The translations under genes and the position numbers were made by a program. A DNA stretch of 64,000 nucleotides. Source: a bacterium (GTDB lineage: Bacteria; Patescibacteriota; Minisyncoccia; Phycocordibacterales; UBA2100). Positions 27,248-37,608 of the stretch are shown in pieces (position 1 is the stretch's first letter; each line of letters begins with the position of its first letter). The stretch spans positions 18,196 to 82,195 of the forward strand of contig JAUSJH010000009.1 of assembly GCA_030647655.1 (NCBI GenBank). The letters are read 5' to 3'. The notes under the pieces are model-generated. The model was not told the origin of the DNA, did no database searches, and was given only the letters and a program-made list of their open reading frames with translations.

Positions 27248-27790
27248 CTAAATTTTCCGATCCGGCATTGTGGTGTCTAGGGCAGGCTCAGTGCCATAAG
27301 ACTCTTGCACATCAAGTATCGAGGCTTCATACCAGATATTTTTAAGGCTATCGATTACGCGATGCTCTTTTTCCCGTTCCTGTGCGTTAAAAATTGCAAA
27401 GGTAAGAGCTTGTACATCCAACGCTGCCGTACGAGAGTCTTCAGGAATGTTAAACGTCTTTACGTATTCATTTAGATACATCGAGGTGAGCTTGTTTATT
27501 TTCGCGACAATGTTCTCGGGAAGTTTTTCAGGCGCCAAAGTCTTGTCTCGAGAGAAAATTCCTTCTATGCCGTCAATAAACCTATCAAGAATCTCGCGTA
27601 TTTTACCTTCCGCTGATTCAGCCCCAAGTATCTTTGCGATTTGATCCTCCGCGGGTCTTTGTTGCTCGGGAATTTTGCCAGCAGCACTGGCGTTTCCTGT
27701 AAGAGTACCGATAGTAACTGCGCCCAGTGCGGCCGCGCCTGTTTTAACCATAAACTCTCTCCTGCCCATGTCCGGGATTTTCCCATCCAT
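27248..27790 (-). CDS. hypothetical exported protein with a twin-arginine (Tat) signal
   Basis: MDGKIPDMGRREFMVKTGAAALGAVTIGTLTGNASAAG has the RRxFMK Tat motif. The longer ORF to 28045 would overlap pilB. Confidence 0.5.
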   Translation of the reverse strand: MDGKIPDMGRREFMVKTGAAALGAVTIGTLTGNASAAGKIPEQQRPAEDQIAKILGAESAEGKIREILDRFIDGIEGIFSRDKTLAPEKLPENIVAKINKLTSMYLNEYVKTFNIPEDSRTAALDVQALTFAIFNAQEREKEHRVIDSLKNIWYEASILDVQESYGTEPALDTTMPDRKI

Positions 27791-27833
27791 ACAGTCCAGA
27801 ATATCACACCGCAAGTGCGCTACAATAGGGGGA

Positions 27834-29517
<1,684 letters not shown>

Positions 29518-29528
<11 letters not shown>

Positions 29529-29886
29529 TCTCCAATCCTACAAGACTTGCCAGATACTCCAGGTCTTTCAACTTTCCAGCATTCATCGTCTCGTCAGAAT
29601 CTGGCTTCTTCGGGTCTTTTGGTTGTAGTGCTCGAAGTATCTGTAACCGTTCGGCGAATCGTTCCTGAAATTTTCTTTTGTCCGTATCGTTCAGTCTTGT
29701 GTATGTCCTTTGAATTGCCCTTATTGTCGTCTCGTTGCGTATCCTTAATGCTTCATTGAGGTTGGTTATGTTCGCATCAATGCGAGCATCCCTCAATGAT
29801 GGTTGATTTTCGGTGACGAAACCAATCATCATTTTCAGAGTAGGAGAATCTTTTTCCTGCCGCGGGAGCCGCATCTGATTTCTCAT
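29518..29886 (-). CDS. hypothetical protein
   Basis: 122-aa ORF, charged/helical composition, no recognisable motif. Confidence 0.35.
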
Positions 29887-29954
29887 GCGCCAACTTTACA
29901 CCACAAAACCCTGTTGCGCAGAGGCGACGAGGTGCTATCGTTGAAGAAGTTGAC

Positions 29955-30092
29955 GAGGGGCTCGATTCTCTCAGCGACGCTTTCGGGAGAAAGTTGCAAC
30001 GCGGACCTAAGGATGGCGGAAGCAAGCTTCCGCAAGCGGAAGAACCGCCGCGTCCTTGGTAAAGTTACTATCGTTGAGAGAATCGTGACCCC
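29955..30092 (+). ncRNA. candidate structured RNA element in the divergent ruvB/upstream intergenic region (strand undetermined)
   Basis: Long-range helix GGGGCTCGATTCTCTCA (29957..29973) pairs with TGAGAGAATCGTGACCCC (30075..30092), enclosing hairpins CTTTC-GGGA-GAAAG, GCGGAAG-CAAG-CTTCCGC and GCGG-AAGAA-CCGC, closed by GGAC/GTCC. Found by eye only. Confidence 0.3.
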
Positions 30093-30202
30093 GTCACGAG
30101 ACATTAAACACTGGGCGAGAGTGTAGCATATAAAAATCAAAAGTCAATAGTGCCCTTGAGTCCTCGAAACCGCTCCCAATCGAGCGCAGAGAGCCAGCTC
30201 GT

Positions 30203-31216
30203 ATGACAAAAGACCAAAGCACAATAGAAAAAAGCCCCCGCTCGCTCGATCAGGCGCTGCGCCCTGAATCGTGGAAGGAATACGTGGGCCAATCCGGCAT
30301 CAAAGAGAACCTTCGCATCCTCCTCACGGCCGCCAAAGGCCGCAATCATCAGCCAGAGCACGTGCTTCTTTACGGCCCGCCGGGGCTTGGCAAGACTACG
30401 CTCGCGCACTTGATGACCAAAGAGATAGGGGCCAACATGCGCTCCACCTCCGGCCCCGCAATAGAGCGCGTGGGCGACCTCGCCGCCATCCTCACCAATC
30501 TCGCCTCCGGCGACGTCCTCTTTATAGACGAGATACATCGCCTCAACCGTACGATAGAGGAAGTGATGTACCCCGCGATGGAGGCGGGAGTCCTCGACAT
30601 TGTGATAGGCAAAGGGCCGAGCGCGCGCACGGTACAGCTGGAGCTCCCTCCATTCACGCTGATTGCCGCCACCACGCGCATTTCGATGCTCTCAGCTCCG
30701 CTTCGCTCGCGATTTTCCGGCGGCACGTTCCGTCTGCAATATTATTCTGATGACGAGATAGCAGAAATCTTGAAACGCTCCGCAAAAATACTAAAAATTG
30801 ATATCGACGCCGCGTCGCTGAAAGAAATCTCGACACGTAGCCGCGCGACACCGAGAACTGCCAACTACTTGCTGAAACGCGCGCGGGATTTTGCGGAGGT
30901 GAATGAAGAAAAATTAGATTTGAAGACAGTAAAAAAAGCGCTCGCGCTTTTGGAAATAGACGAAGGCGGGCTCAACCAAACCGACCGCGACATTCTCTCT
31001 ATCATCGTGGAGAAATTCAACGGCGGGCCTGTGGGACTCAAAACCATCGCGGCGTCACTTTCCGAAGAAGAGGCGACTATTGAGGAAGTGAACGAGCCAT
31101 ACCTTATGCAACTCGGCTTTCTGGAGCGCACCCCCCGAGGCCGCACCGTCACCGCAAAAGGCCGCGAGCACATCGGCGCCGACACACCTCGTTCGCAAGA
31201 AAAACTCATCTCATAG
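30203..31216 (+). CDS. ruvB: Holliday junction DNA helicase RuvB
   Basis: LLYGPPGLGKTTLAHLM Walker A, DEIHRL Walker B, sensor motifs, and a C-terminal winged helix. Confidence 0.9.
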   Translation: MTKDQSTIEKSPRSLDQALRPESWKEYVGQSGIKENLRILLTAAKGRNHQPEHVLLYGPPGLGKTTLAHLMTKEIGANMRSTSGPAIERVGDLAAILTNLASGDVLFIDEIHRLNRTIEEVMYPAMEAGVLDIVIGKGPSARTVQLELPPFTLIAATTRISMLSAPLRSRFSGGTFRLQYYSDDEIAEILKRSAKILKIDIDAASLKEISTRSRATPRTANYLLKRARDFAEVNEEKLDLKTVKKALALLEIDEGGLNQTDRDILSIIVEKFNGGPVGLKTIAASLSEEEATIEEVNEPYLMQLGFLERTPRGRTVTAKGREHIGADTPRSQEKLIS

Positions 31217-31265
31217 AAACAAAACGCCGCGAAACCGCGGCGTTTTGTTTTTAGTAATCAGTCCC

Positions 31266-32825
31266 CTAGCTAAGAAGGATCCGCAGATTGCTCGACAGCA
31301 CTGACCGAAGATTAATCAGTAGCTGTAGTTTATCTTCATCACTGGCCTCGCGTAGTTCCGCCACCGCAAAAGAGTAGATGAGGAAATCAACCGCTGATAT
31401 GATTGCGCGTTCGCCCGCATAGTCAGATAGAAAGCGCTCGTAGAATGGGTGATCTACATTCCATGCGATTACCGTTACCCGACCCTCTTGGTAGGGCTCA
31501 AACAGAACTCCAGCCGCGGTCATATGACGATGTTCGAAACGACAGATCGGCCCCGGCGTGCCTGGATGTCGAGGCTCTTTGGGCTTCTTATCGACATCCG
31601 GATGTTTCGACTTCTCCTTCGATTCTTTTTCGTCACCCTTAATCTTTGTTGAAGTAGGCTTAGCAAGTAGCGCCGCTTTTCCAGAGATTTGTTTCTCTGC
31701 CTCCGTGTGGCTAACCTTGATGTCCTCCCCAGTAGCCTGCTGCGCTTTTTTTGCACGCTGACGCACGCCGGTAAGCTGGGGCTCAAGTACGCGCTTGATC
31801 TGATCTACCGCTGATTGGGTGGGTTCAATACCGCGTTTTGAGAAGTTTACACCCATCACATCGTCAAGATCTGTTGAGAATATGATTTCGGCGCGGAAGC
31901 GGTTGAAGTCACCGTGCTTTCGCTCGCTGAATGGCCACCATCCTGCCGCAATCTCGCGGTTATTTCGAAGTACATAGACGCCCTGATTTGGAATGTTAAT
32001 TCCATACCCCTTATTCCCAGCTGCTCCAAAGTCTGGTATCAGAGCGACACGAAGAATTACTTTTTCCTTGCCCCCGGGCGTTTCTATGTCGAACCAATCA
32101 TCGATCCACATCTCGGTACCTTTGGTCTTGCGAAAAAGGGGGTCTTCCGCTACAACCGCGCTACCATTTACGACAAGCTTCAATCCATTCTCAATGAACT
32201 GTCGATATGTTTGCCCAAGCCGACCTTTGAGAATCGTCGCGAATACCGTTGTATTGCTGTTTTGAACTTGATCACAGAGCGAGAGATGAACAACAGTTCC
32301 ATGAGCCAGTTTCAACGCAATGTTGCCTTCTTTGAGAACACCGGCAACTTCGCGACTGTCGACAAGACCGAATGCGCGCACAAACCTATTTTTTGCAACA
32401 ATCTCATCTGTATCGATGACGCCTACGTGCCACTGGTTTTCGTTCTCAGGCTTTGAATAGACTGCTGTTCGGCGACACAGCGAGAGCGATGCCGTCGAGA
32501 GCCCCATCCCAAATTTACCAAGGCTACCAGACATTTTTTCGGTATCCGACCCTAGCCTAAGTGCTTGATTGAGCGTCTCAGACTCCATGCCTGAGCCGTC
32601 ATCGACAATGAGGAACTCTACCTCTTTGTTTCGATGATACACCGAGATTTCGACGGTGCCCGCGCCGGCATCGACCGAGTTGTCGACAATATCCATAAGC
32701 GCAGAATAATTGTCGTAACCTACCTTTCTAAGCGATGTGATGAACTTCCCCGCGTTTGGGGTGTTGTCATCGTTGAATTTCAATTCCATAACTTGTGTTG
32801 CCTGCACTCTATTCGCTATGAACAA
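31266..32825 (-). CDS. GHKL-superfamily ATPase (HATPase_c_3 / MORC-like) with a Lys/Glu-rich linker and C-terminal domain
   Basis: Bergerat-fold motifs MDIVDNSVDAGAGTVEI (N-box), LIVDDGSGM (G1), GKFGMGLSTASLSL (G2). The gene is visibly more AT-rich than ruvB/yebC. Confidence 0.65.
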   Translation of the reverse strand: MFIANRVQATQVMELKFNDDNTPNAGKFITSLRKVGYDNYSALMDIVDNSVDAGAGTVEISVYHRNKEVEFLIVDDGSGMESETLNQALRLGSDTEKMSGSLGKFGMGLSTASLSLCRRTAVYSKPENENQWHVGVIDTDEIVAKNRFVRAFGLVDSREVAGVLKEGNIALKLAHGTVVHLSLCDQVQNSNTTVFATILKGRLGQTYRQFIENGLKLVVNGSAVVAEDPLFRKTKGTEMWIDDWFDIETPGGKEKVILRVALIPDFGAAGNKGYGINIPNQGVYVLRNNREIAAGWWPFSERKHGDFNRFRAEIIFSTDLDDVMGVNFSKRGIEPTQSAVDQIKRVLEPQLTGVRQRAKKAQQATGEDIKVSHTEAEKQISGKAALLAKPTSTKIKGDEKESKEKSKHPDVDKKPKEPRHPGTPGPICRFEHRHMTAAGVLFEPYQEGRVTVIAWNVDHPFYERFLSDYAGERAIISAVDFLIYSFAVAELREASDEDKLQLLINLRSVLSSNLRILLS

Positions 32826-32850
32826 AGTGCTCGGCGAATTAACTAGCGAA

Positions 32851-32877
32851 CAAAATAAAAAGCACCTTCCAGGTGCT
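32851..32877 (-). terminator. intrinsic terminator on the minus strand just upstream of the GHKL ATPase start
   Basis: Perfect hairpin AGCACCT-tcc-AGGTGCT followed on the minus strand by a TTTTATTTTG run. Confidence 0.5.
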
Positions 32878-33130
32878 ACTCGAAAAAAATCATGTATTCA
32901 TATGGTTGTTTTGGGATCGGTGCGCTTTGCACCAAACCACTAGCTAGTTACTAACCGCTCGATGCGTTATGCATCAAACGTCATCTCATCCTAGCAAGGA
33001 GAATGCAAAAGTCAAACTCCTGTTGTGTACAAAAGATTTGTAATCGACACATTCACGACACGAGTGGGGATAAGAGCGATTGTGCTCAAACGAGCGTGTA
33101 CTATGTAGGTCACAGAGCGCACGGTAAGCA

Positions 33131-33165
33131 AGAGACCCTCCATTGCTGGAGGGTCTCTGCTTTTT
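33131..33165 (+). terminator. strong intrinsic terminator on the plus strand with no upstream plus-strand CDS (possible sRNA 3' end)
   Basis: 12-bp stem AGAGACCCTCCA-ttgc-TGGAGGGTCTCT followed by GCTTTTT. Confidence 0.55.
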
Positions 33166-33377
33166 CGGCCATTCAGGGGACCGCGTAACCTGCTCCACGT
33201 ATCTTGATACGATCTCCTACGCTTCGCACATTACCCGACTGCACTGACCGAACGATTCCTGCAACGTCTCGACACTTGCGCGTCAATAGATCCAAGGAAC
33301 TGTCATCTGTTCGTCGGGGATTACTCCCGTCCACTGGATGACGACCGACGCACGGTTAAGCACATCGATAGAGGAAA

Positions 33378-33460
33378 TACTACAATGTAGAAAAAGACGC
33401 GTGTAACGTGGCAAACCCCCAAAATAGTGGATTTCGAGTGGATAGAACTGTGGAAAACTA
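33378..33460 (+). promoter_or_regulatory. two copies of a 15-bp palindromic operator-like site upstream of yebC
   Basis: TACTACAATGTAGAA (33378..33392) and AACTACAGTGTAGAA (33446..33460). The second overlaps a TAGAAT -10-like hexamer ~18 bp before the yebC ATG. Confidence 0.4.
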
Positions 33461-33477
33461 CAGTGTAGAATGGCCTC

Positions 33478-34008
33478 ATGTCCGGACACAATAAATGGGC
33501 TCAAATTAAGCGCCAGAAAGGTGCAGCCGATGCGGCGAAAAGCAATCTCTGGGGTAAGCTCGGCAAGCGCATCGCGGTTGAGAGCAAAAAAGCCAATGGC
33601 GATGTAAATGCGGCGTCCCTGCGTGCCATCATAGAGACCGCAAAAAAGGCGAACATGCCCAAAGACACAATAGAACGGGCGGTCGCAAAAGGCACTTCGG
33701 CCGACGCGGCGGCACTCGAGGCAATCACCTATGAGACATACGGACCCGGCGGCGCGGCAATAATCATCGAAGCCTTGACCGACAGCCGTAATCGCACGGC
33801 GCAGGAAATAAAACATCTTTTAAACGAGCAGGGTCTGGCACTTGCCTCCCCAGGGAGCGCTCTTTGGGCATTCGAAAAAACCGCAGAGGGCTATACGCCC
33901 AAGACGTTTGTCCCGCTTTCTAATGAGGACGACGAAAAATTGATGAAAATTCTCGAAGCCATCGACGCCCACGACGATGTGGAGGAGGTGTACACGAACG
34001 CCGAATAA
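33478..34008 (+). CDS. yebC: YebC/PmpR-family transcriptional regulator (short form)
   Basis: MSGHNKWAQIKRQKGAADAAKS…GKLGKRIAVESK… is the canonical YebC N-terminus; 176 aa. Confidence 0.8.
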   Translation: MSGHNKWAQIKRQKGAADAAKSNLWGKLGKRIAVESKKANGDVNAASLRAIIETAKKANMPKDTIERAVAKGTSADAAALEAITYETYGPGGAAIIIEALTDSRNRTAQEIKHLLNEQGLALASPGSALWAFEKTAEGYTPKTFVPLSNEDDEKLMKILEAIDAHDDVEEVYTNAE

Positions 34009-34015
34009 GCGGTTC

Positions 34016-35185
34016 CTAAAACCAGAGGACTCGTAGCCAACTGACAACCCTATTAATGAACGGCTCGGGAGTCGCGATAATTGGAGTTGGGTGCATAAGC
34101 TCTGCATTCTCTTTCTGCATCTGTCGGCCCTGCGCGGCGACGGCGGGATCAAGAGACGGCATGGGTCCCTGATTCAACCTGTCTAGATAATCCTGTGACA
34201 AGCTGCCGAAATCATCCGTAATAAACGTTTTTTCGTTTGCATGTGGACCGAAAAAATTCACCGCGGGGCCAAGGAGGTAATCTCCAACAGCGCCCGCAAT
34301 CTTGCTCATGTCATCCGAAAACCCCAAGTCTCGCGCAGAATTCCACTCGTTCTGTACTGATAGCACGACCTGCTCCGCAAAAGTCTTCGGCTGAGCATTG
34401 ATTGTAACCTGGAAGGGAGCGTCGCCACCGAACGTCTGTAATACCTGCATCGGAGTTATAGGGGAAGGCTGGGCTGACGTTTCTTGCACCAATGTTTGTG
34501 CGCTTAGATTAACAGCCATCTTGTCGATTGCTTTGGAAAGAGGCTCGTTGTCTTCCGGTTTTTGGACTGCGGTAATTTCCGGTCGATCTTCGAACGTCTG
34601 TATCTGAGATAAAACATCCTGCGATGGAACTGGAGTTCCTTGCTGTGAGCTAGGCGCTTGATAGAGACTCGGAAACAGCTCCCCGAGCGTGCCGTTGCTC
34701 GATTGGAATTTCTGTTCCGCATAGCCCACCATGCGGGCAACGGCATCGTCGGCTTTTTGTGCAGTATTTGCGTCGCAATTGATGACTGTGGGGCACAGAG
34801 ACGGAATGTACCCCCAGTCCGCATGCTGACTGGCCGTGAACGCGGCACGTGAGCCTACCGGTTTGCAATTTTCTCCTCCAGAGTCGCAATACAAAACGAC
34901 ACATTTCGTGCTGTCATTGCCGCGCGAGATATCCACTTTCGTTTTCGAATTCTCACCCGGACTCACTTTGTATACATACCCGGGCAGGCACTGATATTTT
35001 TGCTCGTTCTTTTCCTCTTCCCCCGCGCCAGAATTTTGAGAAACTGCGCCGGCCGCCGCGTGGAGCCCGGAGTAATTGAGCGTACCGAAAATGGGAGTGA
35101 CGAGGGCTGCAACCCCAACCACGAACGCCGCTAGGCCCTCCATGTCCATGTTGAGATGATACCACGCACTGATATTGCGCCACAC
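34016..35185 (-). CDS. hypothetical secreted/membrane-anchored protein
   Basis: 389-aa ORF with N-terminal hydrophobic segment GLAAFVVGVAALVTPIFG; Ser/Gln/Pro-rich, several Cys; no motif recognised. Confidence 0.5.
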   Translation of the reverse strand: MWRNISAWYHLNMDMEGLAAFVVGVAALVTPIFGTLNYSGLHAAAGAVSQNSGAGEEEKNEQKYQCLPGYVYKVSPGENSKTKVDISRGNDSTKCVVLYCDSGGENCKPVGSRAAFTASQHADWGYIPSLCPTVINCDANTAQKADDAVARMVGYAEQKFQSSNGTLGELFPSLYQAPSSQQGTPVPSQDVLSQIQTFEDRPEITAVQKPEDNEPLSKAIDKMAVNLSAQTLVQETSAQPSPITPMQVLQTFGGDAPFQVTINAQPKTFAEQVVLSVQNEWNSARDLGFSDDMSKIAGAVGDYLLGPAVNFFGPHANEKTFITDDFGSLSQDYLDRLNQGPMPSLDPAVAAQGRQMQKENAELMHPTPIIATPEPFINRVVSWLRVLWF

Positions 35186-35261
35186 GAGAGCATGACGACT
35201 ACCCGGCCACCCTGCTCGGATTGTCTAATCTGGGGCTTTTTCTTTGGGATATACTCTTTGT

Positions 35262-36374
35262 ATGAAAGTGCTCGCGAGCCATACGAATAACTACAGAGCA
35301 GACATTATCGGCAGTATGCTTCGTCCTAAATATTTGTTGGATGCGCGGGGACTTTATGCAGCGGGCAAGACACCTGATGCCGAATTCAAAAAAATTGAAG
35401 ACCGTGCAGTGGACGAATGTCTGGCAATCCAAGAGCGTGCTGGCGTTGATGTTGTTACCGACGGCGAAATGCGCCGCGATCACTTCGCAAGTCAGCTTTT
35501 CCAATCGACAGAGGGTTTTAAAAGCATTAAAGAAAATATCGTAGACTGGTACGACAAGGATGAGCGCCTCGTAAAAGACAAAGCAAGCGTGGGGCTCGCC
35601 GGCACGATGAAACGCAAACGCCATCTTTCTACGGAAGAATTTGCATACATGCGCGGCAAAACAAAAAAACCCATAAAAGCCACTCTGCCGAGCCCGACGA
35701 TGTACGCCTACTATTGGGTCCCTGGCATATCGGAGGCTGCGTATCCATCTCCCAAAGAGTACCTTGCGGATGCGTGCAATATTCTGCGGGACGAGGTCGG
35801 CGAATTGGTACGCTTGGGGGCGACGTACATCCAATTCGACGCGCCAGAGTTGGGTATGTTGACCGATCCTCACCAACGAGAGTGGTTTGCATCCAAAGGT
35901 TTCGATCCCGACCAAATGGTTCGCGACGGAGCCGACATGATTAATCAGGTTATTGAGGGGTACAAAGACGTTACATTTGGACTTCACATTTGCCGCGGAA
36001 ATGATAGAAGCCGACACATGGCAAAGGGCTCTTACGCAAGCATCGCGCGCGAGGCTTTCCGCGCGAATGTGCAACGTTTGCTCCTCGAGTACGACGACGA
36101 GCGTTCCGGCGACTTCGAACCTCTAAAGGATGTGCCCGACGACAAAACTGTGGTCTTGGGGCTCATCACCACCAAGTGGCCACGTGAAGAGACCATAAAA
36201 GAGTTGACGGAGCGAATCCACGAAGCATCGCGTTATGTACCGCTCGAACGGCTTGCGCTCAGTACGCAATGTGGCTTCGCCTCCGCCGCGGCAGGTAACG
36301 CTATTCCGTTTGAGATACAGGAGCAAAAACTCAAGCTCGTGACCGAGGTCGCACGCAGAGTTTGGGACGATTAG
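35262..36374 (+). CDS. cobalamin-independent methionine synthase (MetE C-terminal-domain-like, archaeal-type short form)
   Basis: ~370 aa; UROD/MetE-like TIM-barrel pattern (IIGSMLRP…VDVVTDGEMRRDHF…LHICRGN…STQCGFAS). Confidence 0.65.
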   Translation: MKVLASHTNNYRADIIGSMLRPKYLLDARGLYAAGKTPDAEFKKIEDRAVDECLAIQERAGVDVVTDGEMRRDHFASQLFQSTEGFKSIKENIVDWYDKDERLVKDKASVGLAGTMKRKRHLSTEEFAYMRGKTKKPIKATLPSPTMYAYYWVPGISEAAYPSPKEYLADACNILRDEVGELVRLGATYIQFDAPELGMLTDPHQREWFASKGFDPDQMVRDGADMINQVIEGYKDVTFGLHICRGNDRSRHMAKGSYASIAREAFRANVQRLLLEYDDERSGDFEPLKDVPDDKTVVLGLITTKWPREETIKELTERIHEASRYVPLERLALSTQCGFASAAAGNAIPFEIQEQKLKLVTEVARRVWDD

Positions 36375-36395
36375 CAACATGATACATTACACCCT

Positions 36396-37079
36396 ATGAG
36401 AAGCCAAGATATGGACAGGAGGGCACGAGCCGTTGAAAAAGTCTGGGACAAAGAGATGCTCGAAAGTTACGACAAACACATGGGGAAGGTCGAGGGCAAA
36501 GAGCAACCCGAGACCCTTCACTACGTCGCGCAGGAAAAAATGTTTCATGCACTAAAAGAGAAGTTCGGACGGAATGTGGTGAGTATAGGTTCGGGACCTG
36601 GCAATCTAGATGGTGTACTTCTCGATAATGACCGCTTGGTAACGATGGTCGACGTCTCGAAGATCGCCGTACTTAAAGCGTATGAAAAATTTAATAAATA
36701 CGACGGGGCAACTTTTTCCCACCAAGACGCACTTACCATGCGCTTCCCTGGCGAGATTTTTGATACGATCCTATTCTGCAACGCTTTTTATTACTTCGAA
36801 GCCGACGAGCGGGATGCGCTGATACAAAACTGCAAGAATTTGCTTAATACAGGTGGAAAAGTAATTGTGATCGAAGAATTCCCGTTTAAAATAACGATGG
36901 AGAAAAAAGAGGCAGATGCCGTACTTGGAGTCCATTATAATGATATTAGTCCTGATAAAATAGCGGCAATATTTTCGCAGAATGGTTTTGTACTGGAAAC
37001 CCGGGAGAAGATCGTTATTGATAAAACGCCCGAACATGACCTGTATGGATCGGTCTTCGAACTAGCCGGCGCCTATTGA
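36396..37079 (+). CDS. class I SAM-dependent methyltransferase
   Basis: Motif I VVSIGSGPGN, motif II/III region (TMVDVS…FDTILFCNAFYYF), post-I acidic residue. Confidence 0.7.
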   Translation: MRSQDMDRRARAVEKVWDKEMLESYDKHMGKVEGKEQPETLHYVAQEKMFHALKEKFGRNVVSIGSGPGNLDGVLLDNDRLVTMVDVSKIAVLKAYEKFNKYDGATFSHQDALTMRFPGEIFDTILFCNAFYYFEADERDALIQNCKNLLNTGGKVIVIEEFPFKITMEKKEADAVLGVHYNDISPDKIAAIFSQNGFVLETREKIVIDKTPEHDLYGSVFELAGAY

Positions 37080-37120
37080 ATTTCTGTTCACTGCCTCCTG
37101 TTCACTGTAGACTTGTGGAT

Positions 37121-37594
37121 ATGAAGGTACTCGCGATAGATCCCGGATACGGCAGATGCGGAGTGGCGGTTGTGGAGAAGGGCGGCGGCGGAAAAGAGGT
37201 TCTTCTGTATTCGGAGTGCATCGAGACATCGGCGAAAATGGATTTCCCCGCGCGGCTTGCCGTGGTTGTCGATGAGTGTGCGCGACTCATCAAAAAACAC
37301 TCGCCTGACTGTGTCGCGCTTGAAAAATTGTATTTTCAGAATAACCAAAAGACCGCGATGCGTGTGGCCGAGGTGCGCGGCGCCCTCATCGGCGCCGCCT
37401 CAAATGCCGGTTTGAAAGTATTTGAATACACTCCCGGAGAAGTAAAGAGTGCGGCGGCAGGCTGGGGTGGGGCCGACAAAAAGGCCCTTGCACAAATGCT
37501 CCATGCGCTCGTAAACATAGAAAAGAAAATCGAGCGTGACGACGAGTATGATGCAATTGCGATAGCGGTAACACATCTGGCCCGTGCGCGGTAG
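37121..37594 (+). CDS. ruvC: Holliday junction resolvase RuvC
   Basis: MKVLAIDPGYGRCGVAVVE… with catalytic Asp/Glu pattern (…ALEKLYFQNNQKTAM…DEYDAIAIAVTH). Confidence 0.85.
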   Translation: MKVLAIDPGYGRCGVAVVEKGGGGKEVLLYSECIETSAKMDFPARLAVVVDECARLIKKHSPDCVALEKLYFQNNQKTAMRVAEVRGALIGAASNAGLKVFEYTPGEVKSAAAGWGGADKKALAQMLHALVNIEKKIERDDEYDAIAIAVTHLARAR

Positions 37595-37608
37595 CAGGTG
37601 GAGAAAGA

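Noticed and set aside
29940-30100. SRP RNA (ffs) candidate because of GGAAGCA and hairpins
   Set aside because: The conserved domain IV motif (AGGUCAGG…GGAA…AGCAGCC) is not present; retained only as an unclassified structured element.
33003-33188. 61-aa Cys-rich small ORF with an AGGAGA just before the ATG
   Set aside because: SD-ATG spacing is ~1 nt, and the ORF reads straight through the 12-bp terminator hairpin; more likely non-coding.
35199-36074. 291-aa minus-strand ORF
   Set aside because: Entirely antisense to the well-supported MetE-like gene; it has His/Arg/Cys-rich junk composition.
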